A stretch of DNA of 64,000 nt, from positions 1-64,000 of the forward strand of contig JAAILG010001380.1 of assembly GCA_012026655.1 (NCBI GenBank), written 5' to 3'. Below, piece by piece: positions 11,261 through 23,227 of the stretch; the stretch's first letter is position 1; each line of letters begins with the position of its first letter. This stretch comes from Hydrolagus affinis. Lineage: Eukaryota. Under the pieces are notes generated by a model. That model was not told the DNA's origin. It saw only the letters and a list, made by a program, of their open reading frames with translations, and made no database searches. A program made the translations under genes and the position numbers.

Positions 11261-12522
11261 AATGTTCTATGTTCAGCCATGATGTACTTGTTCTTTGGAA
11301 TGCTCCCTAAATCCTTCACTTTGCTCCTTTTCCGCTGCCTTCAAAAGCCTTTTAAAATACAGTATATATCACTTTAACCATACCTTTAGTCAAAACTTTT
11401 AAATTCTCCTCGCTTTTCTTCTATCTTCTGGGATGTTCATTATCTTTATGAGCCCTAAGAGGTTCATCTTACATGAAAGGTGCTGAATAAATGCGAGTTG
11501 TTGTTTTGCAGCTACATCTTAATATCAGGCTAGATTAGGAACTGAATGTGCCCTGTGCAATGTTCAAATCTACAGCCTTCTGACACAGAGACAGATTTCC
11601 AATGGAACCAAGCTGACACAACCCTATATACCAGAAGATTACAGTATACATTCATTTAAACACATTCACTAAAATTTGGAACATGTGATATGCTACAGTA
11701 GCAACAATAAGCAGGAAAGTGTACGATTTTCTTACAAGCAAAATGTAATCTTGTACCATCACCCACGAATTAACTACTGTATCTTAATATTCCACGAATA
11801 TGGAGGCAATGCTGACATGCATTTCATGCTGAATTGTGTTGCCACCAGGAAGCTCACATGGAGTTCCTAGTAACTAATATCCATTGGGGCTCAAACCATG
11901 CACTTATCGCATATCAAATGACCAACTCATGACTATCCTCCTTGTTGGGGAGGTAAGCTAGGTCTCCTTTGAGCAAACTATTTCCAAGTGACATTTTTGA
12001 CAACAGAATATTGGAATTGAGCCAGCCCTGTGTGACGGTCTCAGTAGTCCAGTTCCTAGCCCAGCAGATCAGATCATTGCTGATAACAGCACATCCAGCC
12101 TGTCTCATTGACAAGACAAGGAAGGGCAGACCAGTCATTGGGGGCAGGGACTATTCTCACTCAACTCCTATTAACCCAATAAGACAAAACCCTAATGGGT
12201 ATGGCGGTCTTACGTGGACAAGCAGCAGGAAAACTTACCAGGAAGTGCTCTCAATGGCTAACTGTGTGGTTTTACAACAGCAACAACAAATTTATATAGT
12301 ACCGTTCATGTCGGGAAGCCATCCCAAGGAGTTTCAGCTGGTTAGGCACCAGCAGTACCTCAATACAATTGTAGGGTCCCCAAACCTCTTGCCAATCTGC
12401 CCCTAATATTTTGTGGGATTTGGTTAAACGTGATGAGTCCTCCCTGGAAAAAATGTTCATTCCATTCCAATAAATATTTCTAGAATTTCCATGTGTAAGT
12501 AGGATGTATAGAACACCCACCG

Positions 12523-12835
12523 TGGAGTCCTGTAGTTCAGTGGTTAGAACACTCACCTTACAAGTGAGAGACCTGGGTTCAATTCCAGGCAGGGCGAAAC
12601 CTTGGAAAGGTTTTGCTGCTCCACGTATCTGATAATAATCCCTCCAAAAAAAAAAAATTGGTCATTTCAATCCACAACTGTTTGTGGGACACTCCTATGA
12701 GCAATTGGCTACCGTGTTTCGCCCACATATATATAATCATATTCACTTTACAGTATATTCTGTGAAGCGCTTTGAAACATCCAGAACACATGAAAAGTGC
12801 TACAGTATACCAAAGGCAGGAATTATTATTATTAA
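12523..12835 (+). mobile_element. tRNA-derived SINE, full length
   Basis: A and B boxes, central segment, Deu-like part, L2-like tail ending in (ATT)n. Confidence 0.9.
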
Positions 12836-14144
12836 CTCTGTTTATTTTGGATACTCGTACGTACGGTGATGGGTTTCTGCATATGTCAGATACAAAAAGA
12901 TACATGGCTGACAAACACATCTGCCAGTTCAATTTATTTTTTCAAAGCTTTTTGTGATGTGTTCTCATGTTGCACTTGTGGGTGTCAAAGGCTTCCTGCA
13001 AAGAAAAAGAGTACTGTGATGGTAATAATAATCCTTAGATTTGGAATAGCGCCTTTCAGGTTGGAAGGACGTCTCAAAGTGCTTCACAGGATATACTGTA
13101 AAGTGCAGTTACTGTGGATTTTGTGCCAAAATGCCATCCTTCCGTGATGCAATTTCTATCATTCAATGGCATACAGCTGTGCCGCCAACACTGTGCTTTT
13201 CAGAAGGGGATTATATTTAAACTGTGGTCTCAGTATCTGCAACCTGGATATCCTGTACATCCATCAAGGCTGTGCTGGCACTGATGTGGTTGTTTTTAAA
13301 ACTCTTCACTGGAATCTCACCTAGGCACTCTATCCTGAAGGGTGCATGAATAACATTTGTAAACACTTCACCAGCATTAAATCCAGACCCTGATCAAGGA
13401 TAAATTTAGCTGGTTCTAAACAAGTTTGGCCTGCTTTTCTTCTGAGGGTGACTTTCATGCCTCAACTGTAATACCTCAACTGCCAGCAGAGACACCTCTC
13501 TTAACATTCAGTTAGACCTCTGGAATTATTTTGACTGTTTGGCCGTGCAAATCAAAGCTGCAGAGATAGCATCGTGTTGGTCATTATGCTGGACAAGTTG
13601 GGACATCACAGGCTAGAGACTGCACCCATTGAGGAGCATAGCTCCACTGAAATGTATATGAATTAAATGGTTCAAACAGGTAAATGTTTCATTTTAAACC
13701 ACCAGAAAAGTAAGATGGGGAGACGCAGATTTCTCTTGTTGGTGGAAAAAAAATAAAAAGGAGTGCCTTGCCTGAGGGCCAAGGGAGGAGCTGGCTAAGG
13801 GTTGGGAGAAGGTGGTGGTAGGGGTCCTTTGGTGGTAGGTTTGTAACCCTGTGACTTTTGATGCATGTGTGCAATTCATGGGGTTCATATTATAAAGATG
13901 TATCATTAGAGTGCATTGAACTTGCTTATCTAAGAAGTATTAGTCCTATGGAGTAATATAGTTCAGGTTTGGAACAATCGCCAGGGAATAACAGCAGCTA
14001 ATTCATCAGAAAACTGAATGCTTAAAGGGCAGGAAAGGCTAATTGACAATGAGCTTTGAGGGCCAACTTTGACTTAACTTGGTACAGAGGAACAAGTCCA
14101 TCAAAGGTGACAAAAATAAATACTAGTGCAACTTTGATTGTCTG

Positions 14145-14159
14145 CCAGCAGGTGTCACT
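14145..14159 (+). promoter_or_regulatory. CTCF-like motif
   Basis: CCAGCAGGTGTCACT, one core mismatch from consensus. Confidence 0.35.
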
Positions 14160-14196
14160 AGCTCATTCAGTTAACTTCACATTCGATAGCATGTAG

Positions 14197-14952
14197 CAAC
14201 AACAACAACAACAAAGTTACATTTATATAGCGCCTTTCACACTAGGGGGACGTCCCTAGGTGCTGGACAGTCAATATTTCAAAACCAAACTGGTATTGGG
14301 ATCGGGGAGGGTGGAGGGAAAGGAGCGAATTTGGAATGACCATTGGGACCAGCAAAGAGGAGGGTCTTGAGGTGGGACTTGAAGGAGGCTAGGGAGGAGA
14401 CAAGATGGAGGGACCGCGGGATGGAATTCCAGAGGTTAAGGGCAGAGTGGTGGGACCCTCCGATGGTGGGACGGATAGGTTGAGGGAGTCTGCTGAGTGG
14501 GGGGAGTGGACAGATTGCTAGGGGGTTAGGGGGTTGCAGAGGTAGAGTGGGATGAGGCCATGGAGGGCTTTGAAGGTGAGGACCAGGTTCTTGAATTGAA
14601 TCCTCTGGGTGATGAGGAGCCTGTGGAGTCAGGCGAGAAGTGGGAAGATAGGGTCATGTAGCTTGGAGGATTAGAGGACATGGGCCGCAGAGTTCTGGAT
14701 TATCTGCAGCCTATGGAGGGAGGAATTGGAAAGACCGACAAGCGTTGGTCTGAATTTGTGATAAAGGCATGAATGAGAGTTTCAGCAGCCTGGGGGCTGG
14801 GGATGTGAGGTAATGGCGAAGTGGGGAATTCTTATTATTCTATTGCAGAGGTGAGGGAAGGCAGAGCGGGTCATGGCTTGGATGTGGGGGAGGGAAGACG
14901 GCTGAGGATCGAACAAGACACCTAGGTTCCTGACTGGCTTGGTAAGGTGGTA
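14197..14952 (-). mobile_element. L2 LINE 3' ~750 bp
   Basis: Minus strand LTKPVRNLGVLFDP, LQIIQNSAA, RIQFK motifs and (GTT)n tail. Confidence 0.9.
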
Positions 14953-15602
14953 CATGCATAAACATATTAAAAAAAACATTAAAACCACCTATCCTTAAAA
15001 TACCATATCAACCACATTTTGAAACATCCATTCAATTCAGGAATATGAGTTATAAATGTCTAAACATAATGTGGGGGTTGGGAAATATTGCCCTCCCCTT
15101 GTTGAAAGTTATTACCTTTGGTGTTGTGTACCACCAATGGTAAATTGAGTGACAAGGAGAGAATAAGCCCCATAGTTTCAGTATCCAAAATCTAACAGTG
15201 GTTCTGACTGCAGTGGACTTGGGAGTCAGCCAAATAGCATTCTATAAAACACATATGGCTTTGCTGTATGGATTTATTTCCTCTCTTACCACCTAGTATG
15301 TTTGCTTGCTTGGCAAAGTGGGATTTGTGGGACAACGTGAAAAGACCTTTACTGTACTTATATGTCTAATCCAGGCTCCAGCTACCCTGGGAGCATTGCC
15401 AGCACCTCACAAAATGTAACAATGTTCCATTCTCCAAAACTGGCTTCACTCAAATGATGAACAATTAGTGAACATATGACCCCACATAATGAACACACAT
15501 CCCCACATAATGAACACGCATCCTCAAATAATATTGATTTGAAGGGATTTTTGCTTTTTTGATCAGTCGAATGTCTGACACATGTCAGACAGTACACAGC
15601 AG

Positions 15603-15985
15603 TAGTAACAACAACAATAAAATTACACTTGTATAATACCTTTCACGTCAGGAGGATGTCCCAAAATGCTGGACAGTGGTTGTTTCAGATCCGAGCTGAA
15701 TCTGGATCCGTCGGGGACGGGAATGTGGAATGAAAGGGGGTAATTTGGGGTGACTGATGAGGGGAGTCTTGAGCAGGACTTGAAGGAGGCCAGGGAGGGG
15801 GCAAGGCAGAGGGACTGCTGGATGGAATTCCAGAGGTTGAGGGCCGAGATGCTGAATGCTCATCCGCTGATGGTGGGGTGGGAGCAGGCCGGAGCGTGAT
15901 GAATGGAGGGGGTGGGCAGGTTGGTAGGGAGTTAGGAGATCGCAGATGTAGGATGGGGCGAGGCCATGGAGTACACTTAAGAGGA
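15603..15985 (-). mobile_element. L2 LINE 3' fragment
   Basis: LHGLAPSYICDLL.PYQP motif plus L2 tail. Confidence 0.88.
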
Positions 15986-16059
15986 TCCAAACCAAGCTGA
16001 GATTTCCATATACATCACCTATACATGAAAATCCTAGAGATAGATTATTGGAATGGAAT

Positions 16060-16480
16060 GCACACTCTCTTCTTGAAGGGACACACTCTGCTTACCTAAT
16101 TCCAGAGGTATTAGGCGCAGAATGGCAAGAGCTAAGTCTTGGGGACCCCAGAGTGCTTTGGGTTATTGCTGGAGTCTGAGTAGCTAAAGCTGCAGATATT
16201 GCTGTCTGGCAAGCTTTTCCACTGCCAGTCCAGCTAGGACAACCCTACCTATTAAGGCTTTGGCTTGCAAGGTTAACAGGAGCTGAGGGGGATGTCTCCC
16301 AGCTCCGAGTGACTGGTCTGCCATTCCAGGTTCTGCCAATGGGCCAGGCTGGCTATGCTGTTACCAGCAGTGTGCTGGAATACTGTGGATTCAGGAACCA
16401 GATGACCGAGACCACCACAGAGGCTTGGCTTGATTCTGACTTTCCATTGCCATGTCATCTTGGGGCCAGTCCAGCTTGAA
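16060..16480 (+). mobile_element. Possible decayed Ngaro/DIRS-type reverse transcriptase fragment
   Basis: Stop-free frame VAKAADIAVWQAFPLPVQLGQPYLL...FQVLPMG...AWLDSDF parallels AKADI..AFRL.PV....LL, LP[MF]G and YLDDF in order. Confidence 0.4.
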
Positions 16481-16989
16481 GAAGACCCTGCTTACCTGGA
16501 GAATTTGAAAGGAAGAAAACTGGCTTCCAAATTAAGAAGGGCCAAATTAAGAATGGAAATTAAGAATTTTGCAAAATTCTGCAGATGTTTAGATTTTGAA
16601 TGTAGTCTTAAGGTCAAATAGAATAATGACTACAGGCAAGAGTGCCAGAGATAATTTGAGAATGCAATGTATTAGCTCAGTTTGGTACCATATTTATTTT
16701 CACATTATTGCCCTGCATATCCATCGCATGCTGATTACTGTTATTTAATGAAACAATTCTGGTACTGATGAATTCTTACCAATAATTTATATGTCATGCA
16801 GGAGTCAGTTATTGTTAAGTAATTTATGGTGTCTCAAGGTGGAGGAATGCAGGGGAATTAGCAAAGTGCACTTGTCTTTTAGTAAATAATAAATGTTACC
16901 TTCTTTTAATTAGACTTTTCCAGAATAATTCATCAGCTATCTATTTGGCATTGTATTATTATACTGCGAATTAAATGGGAAAAAGTAAC

Positions 16990-17300
16990 ATTCATCATTC
17001 AGTTGAGACCAAGGCACTGTCTGCCTGTTCAGGTAGACGTCAAAGATCCAAGGTACTACAGTATTCGAATAAATAATGCAGTTTCTCCCAATGTCCTGGA
17101 CAACAATCCCCCTGATAGAAAAATACTTGGTCATTCACCTCATGGCTCTTTGCTGGACATTGCTCTGCGCAAATTGGCTGCAGTGTTCACATAAGATACT
17201 GTGATTCTGCTTTACTCTGTATACTCTGTAAAGTGTTTTGAGATGTCCTACCGATATGAAAAGTGCTATACCAAATGTAAGGATTATTAATATCATTATT
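16990..17300 (+). mobile_element. Deu-SINE fragment
   Basis: ctgtctgcctgttcaggtagacgtcaaagatcc...tgtcctggacaac...tgcgcaaattggctgc, then L2-like tail. Confidence 0.8.
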
Positions 17301-18279
17301 AGTTACACAAAACTGCAACAGCTTTGTGGAAAATTTAACCATTCTAACTAACACCAGAATCGAAAAAAACAGAAAGAAGTCGCATTTTTAAGACAGGTCA
17401 TTTGTTTTATTCCTGAAATCTACAGTTTCTGGTTTCCTCAAGCTTTATTTTATTTTCCCACTTATATGACTAATTTCATTTTCTTAACATTCATGCTGCT
17501 CAGTTGTTGTCATCGGTAGCGACCAGCTTGTCCTGATATTGCTGGTGGTAATCCCAGAAGCATACTCGTAAAATACTCCAGGGTCCTGCACTCTATAAGG
17601 GATCATCTGGTTCTCATCTCTTTAAAGGGGAAATGCAGCAGGCACTTTAACTTTCTTGTCCCCTCCTCATTGTTAAAGTGGCTGTATCAACTTCCAAACC
17701 AATCCTTCAAAATAAACCTCCAGGGAACCAAATCAGATCTGTCACCATTTTCATAATAATTGCATTATTAAGCAAATTCAAGGGATGCCCTTTATAAATG
17801 TTAGAGCGCTGCTGTCAAGGGCAATGTTATTGAGGGGAGAGAAGGATACAATACAAAGTTTCTATGTTTCAATCCTACCTTGATCACTAGAAAGAGTGAT
17901 CTTGCAATCTGGATTTTGTGGAAATGGAAAGTGACCAACAGATCGGAGAGTTTAAGGTGGATATTGAAGGCAGAGAGGGCGAGGGCAAGTGGGGGAAGGA
18001 GGAAGTGTGTTACCAGGATGTAGCTTCAGAGTGGATGCAGAATGACTGAAGGATTGCCCACCAATACTAACGGCATGAGGCTGCCTGTGTTTTGCTGAGT
18101 AGAAGGAATAGCTGTGTTAGTTGTATCTTTGTAGGTCAAGGAAGGTAATTAAGCGAGATCTGCCCTAACCTCACTCAGCCCCACATCACTAATATTGAAC
18201 ATAGCAGCATTTTCTCTACAGATGGCAATCCTCACCCCACCCCAGAGTGAACTGAGGTCAAACATACCCTGATGGCTAA

Positions 18280-18560
18280 AAATGGCAATACTTTATTATC
18301 TTTCCATGCTCTATCACATTCTGGTCAATGGAATAATCACCACCTCATCCAAATCTCTTATGGCCTTTATCCCTAAAGATTTATTGAGTAATTATTGGTT
18401 CCCTGTCTTGTGGGGAATGGTTATGAAACAGCTGCCATTATGGACGTGCCAAAATCAATTCATAAAATATTCTCTAAAGCAGATCTTTCCAAATCCATAT
18501 GGTTGGAGTCATTCCAAACGCCTGTAGTGAATTCAAAGGAGAGCAAAGATGAGGATGAGA
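18280..18560 (-). mobile_element. Old CR1-like RT fragment
   Basis: Minus strand YGFGK(I)C and IPHK segments weakly resemble QHGF.KG.SC and FD.VPH.RL. Confidence 0.3.
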
Positions 18561-19049
18561 CATCTGGTGAAAGGGAGCCCAGCACACCCCTAAAGGCAAG
18601 GAACCTGGTCTTTAATCCATATACTGTGGTGAAGAGTTACAGGAAGACTTCATGTAGTCCTAGGATCCTCCAATGTCCATCACTGGATAGTACCATGTGC
18701 ATCGACAGTTAAGGTTAGGGAGGCACACTATCAAAGTCCACTCAAATATTAGTGATGATTTCTAACAGGTTCCTGAATAATTGTTTCAGTTTGTAGTTAA
18801 TTTGTGTCAATAATCTTGAAACATAGAATTGCCCAAATTAATAAGGCTTTCCGTTAGAATTCCCACTGACTCTGCTTTGGGAATTAGATGTGAATTAGAT
18901 GGCATCGGAGTACAGTTCGCTTGTGAGAAGCTTCCAGTTTTGTAGAGAAGGCATTTGCGCAACTAATTCCTTATTCAGTAACCCGTGTTAGCAATTGTCT
19001 CTGTTTCATCAACCATTTACACATCAGCAATAGATTAGATATATAGTAT

Positions 19050-19310
19050 AGTAGAACAAGGGGGACACAGTTTTATAGTTCATAAGGGCAATATCAGGAC
19101 ACACAGCTGGAAATTATTCTTTACCAAGAGGGTAATGATCAACAACAATAGTTGCCAGGAAGGATGGTTGAGGCCAGGCCCTGAACTTGTTTCTTTTTTT
19201 TAAAAGAAACCTTTATGCTACGAATGTGAAGATGGGAGAGTGGGTATTCTGGAGGGGGTAAGAATAAATAGGTCAAAGGTTTTCATCCGAAAACCCATCT
19301 TGTGATCTCG
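19050..19310 (+). mobile_element. CR1 LINE ORF2 C-terminus and 3' end
   Basis: RTRG(H)...FFTKRV...LP...VEA-like segments, the CR1 C-terminal motif. Confidence 0.65.
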
Positions 19311-22300
19311 CGAGTAGACTTTCCCACCACACGCCAAGGGTGTTGAAGAAAGGAAAATATTGGACCTGCAGTCTATCTTTAGAGATCAGTTCATTCACAA
19401 TGTCATTTCCACTGGTTGGTTTTAGCCAGATTCACAAACGACATGATCACACGCAATAACATGATGCATTTGTGGTCGAGAGCAGCAGCGAAGCTTGGCT
19501 CTGTCATTAATCTGTTTGTGCCATGTTCAGAAACCAGCAATCCTTCCTTCAGCTCCGGGAGGCAGGCGGTCAGAGATCCCTTGTGACTTCTGAGGAGCAG
19601 TCTGAGTGGTTGTCAACAGCTTGCACAGTGGCTGATGTGTTCTCGCAATCCAGCATATTATCCTGCAGGGATTCATTCAGGTGACCAACTACTCCTTCCA
19701 CGACTCGCTAAATACATCACAAGTAAAGAGAAATCTCCACAGTTTTAGCAGTTGTGCGTTAAAAAGTTGATAATATTTAATAAAATGTAAAAATATCTCA
19801 TCTTCCTCAAAAAATCCTTTGTTTTTTTTCATTCTTTTTGGTCAGAGATGTAATTATCATAACTGTCTTTTTAAATTATCATTATAACAGTAATTGTGCA
19901 TTTGATATAATGTCTTATCACGTCTTCAAGACGTCTCAAAGCTCTGCACAGAATATACTGTAGAGTGAAGTGACTGTACATGTTGTGGGTAAATAAAAGA
20001 TGCTTGCTTTTCATAAATCAAAAGCAAGCAGTCTTTATTTTCACCAAATCATTTAATTCTATTAAATACACGATAGAATCTCCATGCAAAAGCCACCAGC
20101 TCCCTCCATTGCACCCCTCTCATTTTTCACCTTTAAAAAAATCACAGTTCATCACAAAGCCACGTAAGTTATACAATTAACACAAAGTGATCATTTATTC
20201 ACAATCACAGGTTGGAGGCAATCGACGCTGTTTTGAATTGTGCAAAAAAAGAAGGCTGCACATTACAAAGGAGGGATTACTACGAGTGGGGGAAAGTTTC
20301 AACAGCTGTGATATGACTCTGGGATTCATTTCAGCAGAACAAAGAGCACAGCTGTGACTATGAGGCCTGCGCGACACTGCTGGATGGGACAGAACTTTGT
20401 ATTTCTATTGTTGGGTCTGGGGTGGGTGGGGGGAGGGGAGGGGGGACCAGGGTGGATTGGGGGAAGCAGAGAGGGAGAGAAACAAGATTTGGCAACTGGA
20501 CTTTTTGTCACCAGTGAAAATGTTAAAGATGATTTGGCAGACGTGGTAAGTGCATTTTGAGTGAGCGCATCCTCTAATACAGAGCCCCATACTGAGGGAG
20601 ATCTGCATTATTAATAATTGTTATTTTAAGCTGTCTGACATTGAAGGGTTCTTTAAAAGGTCAAGGGGGGAAGTATACCTTAGGGCGAATGAACAGGGTG
20701 ACGACAGCTTGTTTTTGTCCTACATATAGCCAGATCTGTTTGGAAAGCAGATTAGTGTCACAATGTGCTGTGAGCTGTCAGCTGGGAAGTAGCAGAGAAG
20801 GTTTCCCCTCTGCAAAGGGATTGATTTTCCAAAACTTCTTTAGAGAAAGCATTATTTTTGTCTCAATTTCCAACATTTGCTTTTTTTTATTTTGCTGATG
20901 TTTTTGAAACTTCAATTTCTACACATTATTTCGAGTGATTACAGAACTGCTGTATCTAACTGCAAGATTTACGCTTTAATTTCAGCAGCACCTATCTCCA
21001 CTTTGCTGGTCATATTCGAAACCAGCATTACTGTAAGTAGGGCAATTTTCTGGAAATCTACTATGGTATTCTGACCCCTGTAAAGTGTCTGGTAAAAACA
21101 ATTGTAATAAAATGAAAAAACAAAGTATGCACAAGCAAGTTTAAACACGAGTAATCATCACCTGTGGAAGAAACAAGGTTGGTGGATTGTGCATCAGGCC
21201 AGGGATTTGGGTTTGCCCCCTAGTTAACCCACCCAATTCTCCAGTCTTCCTGTATTCAGAACAACTGACAAGATCAGTTAAGTTAGATACCTATACCCCC
21301 TGCACCCTGTTGTTCTGCCAGCTCGTGTACATAGTGTACAAGAAACAGGTGACCTTTTGCACATGAGGGTGAGTTGAGGTTCTGTGCAGCTGTGATTCAC
21401 TTGTATTCAGTTTGATCTTTCATCAGTTCGTTCGTGAACAAAGCACATGTTTTTTTTTCTCTTTTAAGCTGGAATGCCAGTGAGGGCGCAATGATTTGCC
21501 TCAAGAGTCTAGAGAGAGGGAAAAAAATCACAAAGAATATTTAAAAGTGTCTGATCACATCAAAACATCTGAAAGCACTTCACAGGTGGTTACGTATTGT
21601 GAAAGGTAGTGGCTATTTGTTTTGGGGAAGCATAGGAGATTGCACTAGTCCCACAAATAATCATGATGCAAAGATCAATTTATCTGAGAGATTGTTGGTT
21701 AGGACCTCAACAAAAACAACAACAAATTGCATTTATATAGCATGTTTCACATTCGGAGGACATCCCAAGGCACTGGGGAGACCACAGCAGAAACTCCTTT
21801 TTCTTTCCAAATAGAGCAAAAGGATCTTCACCATCCACCTAAAAATGCCGACAGGACCCTGGTTTAACATACAATACAATAATACTTCACATTTATATAG
21901 AGAGCCCTTCACATAGGAAGGACGTACCAAGGGCCCTAACAACAATTTATAGAGTGCCTTTGCACAATCCTAGTTTGGACCCGAGCTGGGGGTGGGAGCA
22001 TCTCACAAGATCATAAGATTGTTTTTGATGAAGAAGGCCCTTTGGCCCATTTGACCTCATCCTTCAAGAATACTCTCCCTATCATGTTCTCATCACAGAA
22101 TCAGACTGTTTTTAAAAAGGTCCTGTGCCCTAGCCTCGAGAACCCTCCCTGAGGGTGGACTGGATGCTGACAAACTAGAAACAAGTAAAGATTTCCTGTA
22201 TGTTTGTATTGATTTTCACTGTATTGTTGCAGTGTACTATCTAATTTAACATATGTGGGGGAAAAAAAATGGATCAATCCTTTAAGAACTGCATCATGAG

Positions 22301-23227
22301 CAAATTTTGTTGTCAAGCCGAGCCAATTTATTACAAATAAAGATTTTTCTGTTAGTTATTGAGAAGCTGGAATGAGCTGTTATTCATTGGAGTTATTCAG
22401 CTCCAGAATCCTGCCATGAATCATTCTGAAGAGAGCGACTCTCTTCTCTTCCCATTATTGTGCAGATTTTCCAATAGGACTGAGTTTGTTCCTCCCTTCC
22501 CCTTCCCCCAGCCCCTTCCCCCACTATTTTCTGATAGGATTGTTCTACGCTTGACGACCGGATCCCGCCTCCACTTCCACAATTGACCTGTTTGTGTGGC
22601 TACAACCTCATCGTATAATATGATGAGAGATCCTTGGAGACAGTAATATCCATCCCATCCTGAGTCTGGGGCTGCGATTCTGAATCCCTATAGGGCATCA
22701 GCTGAGCAGTCTTTGAATTTGTGAGTGAAAAACTCTAAAGATAACTGTCTACAGGTGACCATTGTAAACATTTTATTAATTATTATTTACAATTAAAGGA
22801 TTATGTTCCATTTGGTCATTAATTTAAAGATCCTGTTACCAAAACCGATTGAAGGCCTGGTCACCACGACAGTATTGTCATCTCTGCATACTTCAAGAGA
22901 TGCAGTCTAGGTCTGATTCAAGCATTTAACTAAACAACAGCACAATGTAAAGCTGCTATCCCACTAACCAGAACTCAAGTGCTTCACCAATGTCAGCATT
23001 GAGAAGTGTAGGAAAAGATTGGAGACTGTCTGCCACTATCAATTCCAGGCAATTCTGGATCCTAACACTACCAAATCCGAAATCTAGAAACAAAATTACA
23101 TTTGAACAGTGCCTTTCATGTCGGGAGAGGACATGGGCTGCAGAGTTCTGGATGATCTGCTAGAAATCTACAATCTGTAAGATATGAAAAGCACTATATC
23201 AAATGCAAGGATTATATTATTATTATC

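Noticed and set aside
11969-12406. 145-aa plus-strand ORF with a short Gln run
   Set aside because: It crosses an L2 tail in antisense (the CAA repeats are the GTT tail) and shows no protein similarity.
12523-12595. tRNA genes at SINE heads (also 2440-2512, 11091, 25545, 30843, 38663)
   Set aside because: A and B boxes are present, but there is no proper acceptor stem, the anticodons vary, and each head runs into a SINE body.
15465-15530. Short direct repeats resembling a CRISPR array (also 203-241 and 29700-29812)
   Set aside because: These are head-to-tail minisatellites without unique spacers, in eukaryotic DNA.
21474-21492. CTCF-like ccagtgagggcgc
   Set aside because: The core is one base short of the consensus spacing.
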